Assembly: GCA_937995755.1 (NCBI GenBank)
Contig: CALKJD010000043.1
Location: 2,375-66,374, forward strand
DNA: 64,000 nt
Direction of reading: 5' to 3'
Origin: an uncultured Saprospiraceae bacterium
GTDB taxonomy: Bacteria; Bacteroidota; Bacteroidia; Chitinophagales; Saprospiraceae
Part shown: piece after piece, positions 28,395 to 36,719 of the stretch
Layout: each line of letters starts with the position of its first letter
Numbering within the stretch: position 1 is the stretch's first letter
The notes under the pieces: model-generated
The model's input: the letters and a program-made list of their open reading frames with translations, nothing else
Told to the model about the DNA's origin: nothing
Databases searched by the model: none
Program-made: the position numbers and the translations under genes

Positions 28395-29101
28395 TCACAA
28401 TTCCAAACCCAATCGCTGAAGTCATATGACACGGTCTTAAGAGAATAATGCCACCATTCAGTACGTATACCTGTTAGTCCATGAGCTTCCATCAGAAGTT
28501 TTAATAGTTTACGGTTTTTACGTACCACAGGATCAGGATGTACATATGTTCGATGGGCTTCTTTACCGAAAAAATCATATTCTGTACCCATATCTAGTTC
28601 TACACCCTTATTATCAACGATAGTTAGATCTATCGCCAGCCCTTTATTATGCATCGATCCCTTTTTAGGTGGTGTTACGTACATGGCATTAGGCACGATA
28701 TCCCAAAGTTTTTGTTGTGCAGGTCTAGGTCTATAGCAATCGAATAATTTGAGTCCATAACCATACTTCTTTTTAATATCGCTATGAATTGTATTGATTT
28801 TTAAGGCTAGTTCAGGTCTTAAGAAGCATCTCGCACAATCATATATTTGAGCCTTAGTGAAGTTGTTATCAGTAGCATATCTTATATCCAGTAATGGCCC
28901 ATTAGTGTTAATGATTTCTTTCCATTGTGATATATCATAATCTAATTCATGCTTTTCCGCTATATTTGCAACTGATTGCTGTACAGGCGGTGAAGGTAAT
29001 GGTTCTACTTCTGTAGATGATTTACAAGAGAAGGCCAGTATAACTATGATCAATCCCAACCATACCAGATTATCTATTCTGACAATTATTACGTTATACA
29101 T
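28391..29101 (-). CDS. Exported D-alanyl-D-alanine dipeptidase (peptidase M15D, VanX/DdpX-like)
   Basis: 236 aa with a signal/lipobox (ILAFSCKSS). Motifs LDIRYATDNNF, FDCYRP..AQ..LW, GSMHNKGLAIDLT and EWWHY match the VanX-type zinc dipeptidase pattern. Confidence 0.8.
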   Translation of the reverse strand: MYNVIIVRIDNLVWLGLIIVILAFSCKSSTEVEPLPSPPVQQSVANIAEKHELDYDISQWKEIINTNGPLLDIRYATDNNFTKAQIYDCARCFLRPELALKINTIHSDIKKKYGYGLKLFDCYRPRPAQQKLWDIVPNAMYVTPPKKGSMHNKGLAIDLTIVDNKGVELDMGTEYDFFGKEAHRTYVHPDPVVRKNRKLLKLLMEAHGLTGIRTEWWHYSLKTVSYDFSDWVWNCD

Positions 29102-29154
29102 ATTATTTCACAATTCAATTTATTAACTCTCGTTGTCTAACTAAAGTTAGAGCA

Positions 29155-30405
29155 ATGAGAAAAATCAAAATTAATCAAATGAAAGTATTTTCAAATTTAA
29201 GATTCTTGTTAATGGTAGCAGTTACTGCTATTATGCTTGTTAGCTGTGGTGAAGACATAGGTGGTGGAACAGGATCTGAGACTCAGACTACGGTCAACTT
29301 ACAAGCAGGAACTGATCTAGTAACATCGGTAACTACAATTGCTCCAGGTGCAACATTCGCAGTAAACCTCGTAGCTACAGCTGGAGATGATGCTATGAAA
29401 ACTGTAGAAGTATTTGAAGATGGTGTATCTATTCCTGTTGTGGTAGGACAAAGTAGAATACAATATGATGGCACAGCAGCAGCCGCTAATCCTAAGCTTC
29501 TCTTTGGTGATGAAATAAACAATTTAGATTTTAATATTCAAGTAGTAGCACATACGGAAGTAGGTACTAGAACATATAGATTTACAGTAGCAGACGATGC
29601 TGGAGATACAGAAAGCGTATCTGTAGAAGTTACGACTGTGGGTACTCCTCCAGCATTGACACTTGATGGTCCTGTTACACTTGATTTAGCTCCAGGAAAG
29701 CTTAATAGCGTGAGACTTACCGCTGTAAAAGGTGCAGGAAGTATTAGCGCCATAAGCGTTTTAGTTGATGGCGAATTTGAAGATATTGCAGATCTAGCTT
29801 TTGGCGGAGACTTCACATCTAATCCGCAGCCACTTGAAGGTGCGATGACAGAAGGATTTGTAATGGAATCACTTTCGTTCCGTACACGAACTACTTTAGG
29901 TACTTATGTATATACCATCGTGGTTACAGATGAATATGGACAAAACTCTACTACTGAATTTACAGTAAATGTAGTATCTACACCATTGGAGACACTTACA
30001 GGTGTACTATATAATGCTGAAGGACCAACAGGAACAGGAGGACTTGATCTTGACAACGGAAACAGTACAGGATCAGCAAGTGGTGAAGCGGAAATCAGAG
30101 ACCAAGGTTATGATGATGCGGGTAACTGGGCACAGCTTATAGCTCCAGTTGCAGATGCGACTATGTTTCAGTTGACTCCTGGTGCCAATGGTATCGCAGA
30201 AGGGTTTACTTTCGCTAGTATTACTTCCAAGCAAGATTTAGCTAATTTATCAGAATCAGGTCTTCCGATCGGAGTGTCAGGTACTGTATTAGTTGGAGAT
30301 ATGTTCGTAGTAAATAGAGCAGGATTAGTATACGGTATACTAGTTACAGAAGTAAATGTACAGGCTGATAATTCAGATAATTACGTATTTACTATCATTA
30401 AGTAA
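29155..30405 (+). CDS. Hypothetical surface lipoprotein with two tandem beta-sandwich-like modules
   Basis: 416 aa with lipobox LVSCGED. Two related modules of about 115 aa are visible (compare GTRTYRFTVADDAGDTESVSVEVT with GTYVYTIVVTDEYGQNSTTEFTVNV). The composition is rich in Thr, Gly, Ala and Val. An alternative start is the Met at 29179. Confidence 0.55.
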   Translation: MRKIKINQMKVFSNLRFLLMVAVTAIMLVSCGEDIGGGTGSETQTTVNLQAGTDLVTSVTTIAPGATFAVNLVATAGDDAMKTVEVFEDGVSIPVVVGQSRIQYDGTAAAANPKLLFGDEINNLDFNIQVVAHTEVGTRTYRFTVADDAGDTESVSVEVTTVGTPPALTLDGPVTLDLAPGKLNSVRLTAVKGAGSISAISVLVDGEFEDIADLAFGGDFTSNPQPLEGAMTEGFVMESLSFRTRTTLGTYVYTIVVTDEYGQNSTTEFTVNVVSTPLETLTGVLYNAEGPTGTGGLDLDNGNSTGSASGEAEIRDQGYDDAGNWAQLIAPVADATMFQLTPGANGIAEGFTFASITSKQDLANLSESGLPIGVSGTVLVGDMFVVNRAGLVYGILVTEVNVQADNSDNYVFTIIK

Positions 30406-30453
30406 ACTATTGCGAATTTAATAGTCTCATAGACTTTTGATTTGAAAAAATAT

Positions 30454-30486
30454 AGCCGAGCAGATTTATTTCTGTTCGGCTTTTTA
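30454..30486 (+). terminator. Intrinsic terminator after the lipoprotein gene
   Basis: The stem agccgagcaga / tctgttcggct has one G-U pair and a 6-nt loop. TTTTT follows. Confidence 0.7.
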
Positions 30487-30674
30487 ATATTACTAATTAT
30501 TGTGAAGCGAGTTTGTAGTTTACTGTGAAATTAGAAAGCCAACAAGCTTATTTTTTAAAATAGATAAATTTGATCAGATGGTATTCTCTTCGATTCTCTA
30601 GATAACTTTTACCTTTTTTCCGTTATTTATCACGTTCAATTTTCCATCTTTGGACTACAATTCAAAACACATAT

Positions 30675-32798
30675 ATGTACACGTCTAAGCAAGAAAAACT
30701 GTATTTCGATATTTCAAAAAAATGGCTTTCATCTCCAGCTAATGTTTTGGAGGTAGCTGAGTTAAGAGATGCACTTAGATATCATGAGTGGAAGTATTAT
30801 GTAGCTAATAGTCCAACACTAGCGGATTATGAATATGATCAATTGTATAAACAACTAGAAGCTATAGAGGCATCTAATCCGAATCTTATCACTCCAGATA
30901 GTCCAACACAAAGAGTGGCAAATGACCTTAGTGGTGATCTAGATCCAGTAGCACATGTAGTACCAATGTTGTCTTTGGCCAATTCGTATAATGCTGAAGA
31001 TCTTGCAAGTTTTGATAAATCAGTTAAAAGATACCTTAATCTTCCAGAAGATCAGGATATAGAATATAGTATAGAACCCAAGTTTGATGGTGGAAGTATC
31101 GCAGTGTTATATGAAGATGACTTTTTAATTAGAGCAGCCACTAGAGGTAATGGCACGATGGGAGAAGAGATGACGGCTAACGCTCGTACAATGCCGTCCA
31201 TTCCATTAAAAGCCCCTTTAGCCGAGTTAGGTATATTCAAAGCCGAGTTGCGTGGCGAAGCATTAATAAGGAAAGATAATTTTGCGAAAATAAATGCGCA
31301 GAGAGAGATTGATGGTCAAGCAGTATTTGCAAATCCACGTAATGCTGCTACTGGCGGATTAAGAACTAAAGATCCCAATGAAACACGAAATCGCGGATTG
31401 GAAGCTTTTATTTTTCAATTAGCATACGCGGTAGATAAAGATGGAAACGACAAGTTGTTAGAACTCAATACACATTATGAAAGTATTGAATTGATGGGAA
31501 GGTTGGGTTTCAAAATCCCTCATAATGAGATGAAGAAATGTAGCAATATTCAGGAAGTAGCATCATACTGCTCAGCGTGGGAAGAGAAGCGTGAAGAGTA
31601 TGAATACGAAGTAGATGGTCTAGTAGTAAAAGTCAATGATCTAAGATTACAAGAACGTACTGGTGCGACTCAGCATCATCCAAGGTGGGCAATCGCATAT
31701 AAGTTTAAAGCGAAACAAGCGACAAGTATCTTAAAAGATATAGAATATCAAGTAGGGAAGATTGGGTCTATTACTCCGGTGGCAAAGATTGAACCTGTTC
31801 ACCTTGCGGGTGTAACGGTATCTTCGATATCATTGCACAACGAAGACTTTATCAAAACAAAAGATCTTCGATTGGGTGATACAGTGCTAGTAGAGCGCGC
31901 AGGAGATGTAATACCATACATCGTAAAGTCTTTAGAAGAATTACGCGATGGAAGCCAAGTACCAGTCGTGTATCCAACAGTATGCCCTATTAATGACGAT
32001 CAAGAGAATCCTGTTTCCTTAGTTAAGGAAGAAGGTGAGTCAGCATGGAGATGCCCTAAGTGTACGTGTGGACAACAAGATCTACAACGTATGATATTTC
32101 ATGTATCCAAAACTGCAATGGATATTGATGGATTTGGTAAATCATATGTAGAGACCTTCCATAAATATGGTTGGCTAAAGGATATTAGTGATGTGTATAA
32201 TTTGGATTACGAGGCTATCAAAACGCTCGAAGGTTTCGGTTCTAAGTCTGCTGAAAAGTTAATGCATGCAGTGAATAAGGCTAAGGGAAATCCAATTCAT
32301 AGGCTTCTTCATTCATTGAGTATACACCACTTAGGTAAGAAGGCATCAAAACTAATTGCAGCAGAAATTGATTATGTAATGGATCTTCAAAATTGGGATA
32401 AAGAGAAATTTACTGCCATAAAAGATATTGGTCCTGTAGTAGCCGATAATGTGCTGGCTTACTTCTCAGATCCAGACAATATTGAGATGCTCCAACGAAT
32501 GGAAGCACGTGGTGTTAATATGAAGCAGACAGAAAAGGATAGGCCTATGGAAGTATCTGCTGATGCACCCTTATCAGGTAAATCTATTTTGTTTACTGGA
32601 TCACTTAAGTTGATGGGCCGAAAAGAAGCTCAAAAATTAGCTGAGCAGAATGGCGCAAAAAACATATCAGCAGTGAGCAGTAAACTTGATATCTTAGTAG
32701 TAGGAGAAAAAGCGGGATCTAAACTCAAAAAAGCGGAAGCCCTAGGAACAGTGTTAGTTATGACTGAAGAAGAGTTTGTTGCTATGATTGAGGGGTGA
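30675..32798 (+). CDS. ligA: NAD-dependent DNA ligase
   Basis: 707 aa. It has an adenylation site (EPKFDG), an OB fold, a four-Cys zinc finger (CPIN...CPKCTC), HhH repeats and a C-terminal BRCT domain (SGKSILFTG). Confidence 0.97.
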   Translation: MYTSKQEKLYFDISKKWLSSPANVLEVAELRDALRYHEWKYYVANSPTLADYEYDQLYKQLEAIEASNPNLITPDSPTQRVANDLSGDLDPVAHVVPMLSLANSYNAEDLASFDKSVKRYLNLPEDQDIEYSIEPKFDGGSIAVLYEDDFLIRAATRGNGTMGEEMTANARTMPSIPLKAPLAELGIFKAELRGEALIRKDNFAKINAQREIDGQAVFANPRNAATGGLRTKDPNETRNRGLEAFIFQLAYAVDKDGNDKLLELNTHYESIELMGRLGFKIPHNEMKKCSNIQEVASYCSAWEEKREEYEYEVDGLVVKVNDLRLQERTGATQHHPRWAIAYKFKAKQATSILKDIEYQVGKIGSITPVAKIEPVHLAGVTVSSISLHNEDFIKTKDLRLGDTVLVERAGDVIPYIVKSLEELRDGSQVPVVYPTVCPINDDQENPVSLVKEEGESAWRCPKCTCGQQDLQRMIFHVSKTAMDIDGFGKSYVETFHKYGWLKDISDVYNLDYEAIKTLEGFGSKSAEKLMHAVNKAKGNPIHRLLHSLSIHHLGKKASKLIAAEIDYVMDLQNWDKEKFTAIKDIGPVVADNVLAYFSDPDNIEMLQRMEARGVNMKQTEKDRPMEVSADAPLSGKSILFTGSLKLMGRKEAQKLAEQNGAKNISAVSSKLDILVVGEKAGSKLKKAEALGTVLVMTEEEFVAMIEG

Positions 32799-32863
32799 TT
32801 TTTTGTATAGTAAGACAGTGGTACAATGATTGTTGATAACAAGATAAATAGAAAATAGAGTCA

Positions 32864-33802
32864 ATGTTAAATAGAGTAATAGGTAGGCATGAAGGAAAGG
32901 AAGGAGGACCATTGTTAGTGGTCTTTGGTGGAATACATGGTAACGAGCCTGCTGGGGTAAGGGCGTTAAGTCTTATGTTTAAGATGCTAGAAGTAGAGCC
33001 TATTACAAACCCTGATTTCACATATAATGGTACTATACTTGGGCTTATAGGAAATAGACAATCCTATATCTTACAACAAAGATTTATTACTAGAGATCTC
33101 AACAGGATATGGAAAGATGATAATGTTGAACGTATCCTCAATACAGATAAAAGTTTATTGCAAACCGAAGCATTAGAACTTAGAGAAATATTAGATCTGA
33201 TACATGCTGAATTGGATAGTCGCAAGTATAGTAGATTGATCGTTTTGGATATGCATACGACATCAAGTTATGGTGGCATATTTACTCTTCCGACCAACGA
33301 TCCTGAGAGTTTGCGTATCGCTTTAGAATTACATGCCCCAGTGATACGTGGTATGATAGACGGTATAGAAGGGACAACTCTACATTATTTCAGAACGGAT
33401 AATTTTAGTTTACCTACGGTAGCCGTAGTATTTGAGTCTGGACAGCATAATGAAGACTTATCTGTCAATAGAGCTATAGCAGCTATTACGAACTGTATGC
33501 GTACCATCGGTGCAATAGAGCCAGATAACGTTGAAAATGTTCATGACACGCTACTCATAGAATATAGTGATAACCTACCTAAGCTATCTCAGCTTCATAG
33601 TATGCATCCTATAGCTAAGGGAGATAAATTTCGTATGTTACCAAACTTTAAAAACTTTCAGAGGGTTAGTGCTGGTGAGGCTTTAGCAGAAGATAAAGAT
33701 GGTGAAATAAAATCACCTGTTGATGCTATGATACTTATGCCGCTATATCAAGAGAAAGGTGAAGACGGTTTTTTCCTTATTCAGAAGATAGAAGGATATT
33801 AA
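32864..33802 (+). CDS. Succinylglutamate desuccinylase/aspartoacylase family zinc hydrolase
   Basis: 312 aa with GGIHGNEPAG and a later DMHT motif, both typical of the AstE/AspA (M14-like) family. Confidence 0.65.
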   Translation: MLNRVIGRHEGKEGGPLLVVFGGIHGNEPAGVRALSLMFKMLEVEPITNPDFTYNGTILGLIGNRQSYILQQRFITRDLNRIWKDDNVERILNTDKSLLQTEALELREILDLIHAELDSRKYSRLIVLDMHTTSSYGGIFTLPTNDPESLRIALELHAPVIRGMIDGIEGTTLHYFRTDNFSLPTVAVVFESGQHNEDLSVNRAIAAITNCMRTIGAIEPDNVENVHDTLLIEYSDNLPKLSQLHSMHPIAKGDKFRMLPNFKNFQRVSAGEALAEDKDGEIKSPVDAMILMPLYQEKGEDGFFLIQKIEGY

Positions 33803-33803
33803 T

Positions 33804-34310
33804 ATGACAACACAACTAGTAGACGAAAAAATAATAGAAGGCATCATTGAAGCATTAGCTGATAATGATAAACTTCTAGCTTTAGAAGAACGTTGGGAAG
33901 AAGATTTTCCTGCGATATCCGATTATCTTAATCAGGATAGTTTTTCTCTTTTAATAGAAGAAGAGAAGGCTTACGTGAGTTTTATAGTAGCGGTTATATT
34001 CCTATCCTGGGAAGAGAAGTTTGGCAAATTTGAAAAAGACCTTAAGCCTAAGAAATTGGAAAAAATAGAAGAGGCTAATTGGGAAAAACTCAATAGCGCT
34101 AAAGGCAAAACATTTAGAGAAAAATTAGATATTTTCTTTGACGGTCATTCACAAGAAGATCTTCTCGCATTTATTGAAGATAGCATACAGGATGATGAAG
34201 AACAAATGGTGAGTGGTGCCGCTAGAGATATTGTATTTATCTGCGCTACCACAATATTAGATACTATTATAGAAAGAGAAGAATCGAATCCCTTCAATAA
34301 GGCTTGGTGA
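33804..34310 (+). CDS. Hypothetical acidic cytoplasmic protein
   Basis: 168 aa, rich in Glu and Asp, with no motif I recognise. It starts 1 nt after the stop of the preceding gene. Confidence 0.45.
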   Translation: MTTQLVDEKIIEGIIEALADNDKLLALEERWEEDFPAISDYLNQDSFSLLIEEEKAYVSFIVAVIFLSWEEKFGKFEKDLKPKKLEKIEEANWEKLNSAKGKTFREKLDIFFDGHSQEDLLAFIEDSIQDDEEQMVSGAARDIVFICATTILDTIIEREESNPFNKAW

Positions 34311-34312
34311 TA

Positions 34313-34339
34313 GCGTGTTTTTTCGAAGAAAAAACACGC
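34313..34339. other. Perfect hairpin 3 nt after a stop codon, lacking a 3' U-tract
   Basis: gcgtgtttttt (34313-34323) pairs with aaaaaacacgc (34329-34339). The closing c-g pair leaves a 3-nt loop. No T-run follows on either strand. Confidence 0.5.
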
Positions 34340-34440
34340 GGATAGCGAAGTCAGTCAGAGTTTCGAAGAAACGCGTTGACTTCACAATGAAAACAAAAAT
34401 ATTGGTTAACTAACTTAATCTTTGATTCTCAACCCTGCTC

Positions 34441-35799
34441 TTATTCAGACTTCTTATCTATCCACTTTTCTAGATTAGGACAAGTTCCATATCTGTTATC
34501 TACATTGATATAAGTTGTCTTAAGCTTCTCTGTTACCCAATTATTAAAGTACTGTGACTTTTTACTTTCTTTAGCAAATTTTGAAATCTTGTCATAGTCT
34601 TCTTTAAGATTAGCTCTGTGAGGCTTAGTAAGAGACTTGAGTTGTACTATTCTATATGAGTACTCACCAGTAGGACTAAGTACTTCCATTACATTAGAGA
34701 TGTCGTTTACATCTATATCAATGATTTCAAGATAAATGTCAGCATCTAGTTGATTGGTTTCAAAGAAAGTATTCTGTGTCGCAGGGTTTTTCATTCTTCC
34801 ACTATTGCTGAAACTAGCTACATCTTTCGAACCATATTTTTTCACGGCTCTTTCAAAAGAAATAGAGTCAATTTCTATCTCAGCTTTAATTTCTTCTAAT
34901 TTTGCTTTGGCGAGATCGTTATCTTCACTAGTAATATTTGGTTTTATCAGTATATGTCGAGTATGTATAGTATTACCTCTACGTTCTAACAACTGTATGA
35001 TATGGAAACCAAATTCTGTTTCGACGATATCTGTCATCATTCCTTCTTTGAGGTCATAAGCTGCTGCTTCAAAAGCAGGTACAAATGTTCCTCTCTTTGC
35101 AAAACCTAGATCGCCTCCTCTTTTTCCAGATCCTGGATCTTGTGAGTACTTCTTAGCTATTTCTGCAAAGTCAGCGCTTTCGCGATTAAGTTCTACTTGT
35201 ATCGCTTTGATTTTTTCTAGCGCCTTTAACCTTTCTTCTTCGTTGACTACAGGCTTTAGTACTAATTCGCTTACTTCTACTTCAGAGTTGAGGTAAGGGA
35301 GACTGTCTGTAGGAAACTGATCAAAAAATTCTTTTACTTCGCTTGGAGTAATTTGAACTTCAGCGATTAGCTTTTGCTGCATACGCTCAGATAGGATCTG
35401 CTGCTTTTGCTCATCCTTATACCTTTCCTTCATTTCGTTAACGGTCGCTCCATAGTAATCTTGGAAAAACTCTTCGTCACCATTCATCTGGCGTAGAATA
35501 GCTTCAAATCTGTAAGTAAGTTGTGCATCTAGCTCTTCATCACTAACCTCGATACTATCAAGACGTGCTTGATATACGATGATTTTCTGAGCGATGAGAT
35601 TCTCCATCATCTCACATTTTGCATCTTCCGTAACTTCTGGATTGGATTCCTTTATGTAAGCATACTGGCCTTCTAGCTCTGATAGTAAAATGTATTCACT
35701 ACCTACTTTAGCTATTACCTTATCTAAAAGTATAGGTCCTTGAGCTAATGTTGTAGTAGCGATGAATGTCACTATTAGGAGTTGGATATATTTGATCAT
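34441..35799 (-). CDS. Periplasmic chaperone/peptidyl-prolyl isomerase, SurA-like
   Basis: 452 aa with a signal peptide ending TLA/Q. One parvulin domain is present (GGDLGFAKRGTFVPAFE...FGFHIIQ). Confidence 0.8.
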   Translation of the reverse strand: MIKYIQLLIVTFIATTTLAQGPILLDKVIAKVGSEYILLSELEGQYAYIKESNPEVTEDAKCEMMENLIAQKIIVYQARLDSIEVSDEELDAQLTYRFEAILRQMNGDEEFFQDYYGATVNEMKERYKDEQKQQILSERMQQKLIAEVQITPSEVKEFFDQFPTDSLPYLNSEVEVSELVLKPVVNEEERLKALEKIKAIQVELNRESADFAEIAKKYSQDPGSGKRGGDLGFAKRGTFVPAFEAAAYDLKEGMMTDIVETEFGFHIIQLLERRGNTIHTRHILIKPNITSEDNDLAKAKLEEIKAEIEIDSISFERAVKKYGSKDVASFSNSGRMKNPATQNTFFETNQLDADIYLEIIDIDVNDISNVMEVLSPTGEYSYRIVQLKSLTKPHRANLKEDYDKISKFAKESKKSQYFNNWVTEKLKTTYINVDNRYGTCPNLEKWIDKKSE

Positions 35800-35844
35800 A
35801 TAGATTATCTATTCTTTATTTTATATTCTGTAAAAATCAAGCAA

Positions 35845-36693
35845 TTAGTAGATTCTTACTTGTGTACCATTTATCTCACGTTGATACAGGTCTTCTTTGA
35901 GCTTGGCTATCAACTTTGATTTACGTTGGTGCAAAATTATCTTTTTTATGTTGCTTGTTACATAAGCTAACGGTGGATCTTCAGATTTGTCTATATACTG
36001 GAGTATTTTAACAAAATATTCGTTTCCATCCTTCGCTTCCTGGAGTGTTTTGCTTGATTTGAGATTCTTTTCGCTTATATTTTCAGGAAGAAAGCTCAAT
36101 ATTTCATCTGCAGAGTACCATTTATTTTCATCCATCATTACCATAATGGGTGCATTGTTGGCCAAATATGTATTTACAGACTCTAGATTATTCGCCTTCC
36201 AGTTGGCATTAAATCTATCTAGTTTTGGAGCTTGGCCATCCATGACTACTATTCTACATCTTACTAAAGATTCTGATAGTTTGAATGCTTTGCCATTCTC
36301 TTTGTAATATTTCTCGATTTGCTGTGTCGTGATAGTAGTGTCTAATCGATCCCTAACCATCGCATTTTCATAATTATAGATAAGTAGTGATTGTCTATAA
36401 TCCTGTACTAGCATGTCGATGTCAATATCACCCTCGAGTGTTTTTTCAGCTTCAGCAAGCACGAGTTGGTCTTTGATCCACTTCTGTACATAAGCACTCT
36501 TGATTTGCGTGCTGTCGTCTGCATTTGTCGCATTGGTGAGCAAGCCTCCATTCTCTAGTTCGTCTAGGTACAATTTAGAATTTGCTACCTCAGCGAGTAC
36601 TGGAGCATCTGATACACGCTGTATTTTATCTGATTGCTTACAAGCACAGATTAGCATGGACAGAATTACAATATGGAATACTCTATTTTTCAA
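35845..36693 (-). CDS. Hypothetical lipoprotein, SurA N-domain-like chaperone lacking a parvulin domain
   Basis: 282 aa with a lipobox-like MLICAC. It lies between two PPIase genes. I could not find a PPIase motif. Confidence 0.4.
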   Translation of the reverse strand: MKNRVFHIVILSMLICACKQSDKIQRVSDAPVLAEVANSKLYLDELENGGLLTNATNADDSTQIKSAYVQKWIKDQLVLAEAEKTLEGDIDIDMLVQDYRQSLLIYNYENAMVRDRLDTTITTQQIEKYYKENGKAFKLSESLVRCRIVVMDGQAPKLDRFNANWKANNLESVNTYLANNAPIMVMMDENKWYSADEILSFLPENISEKNLKSSKTLQEAKDGNEYFVKILQYIDKSEDPPLAYVTSNIKKIILHQRKSKLIAKLKEDLYQREINGTQVRIY

Positions 36694-36719
36694 TTTAAGC
36701 TTAAAGTTTAATCCTGTTT

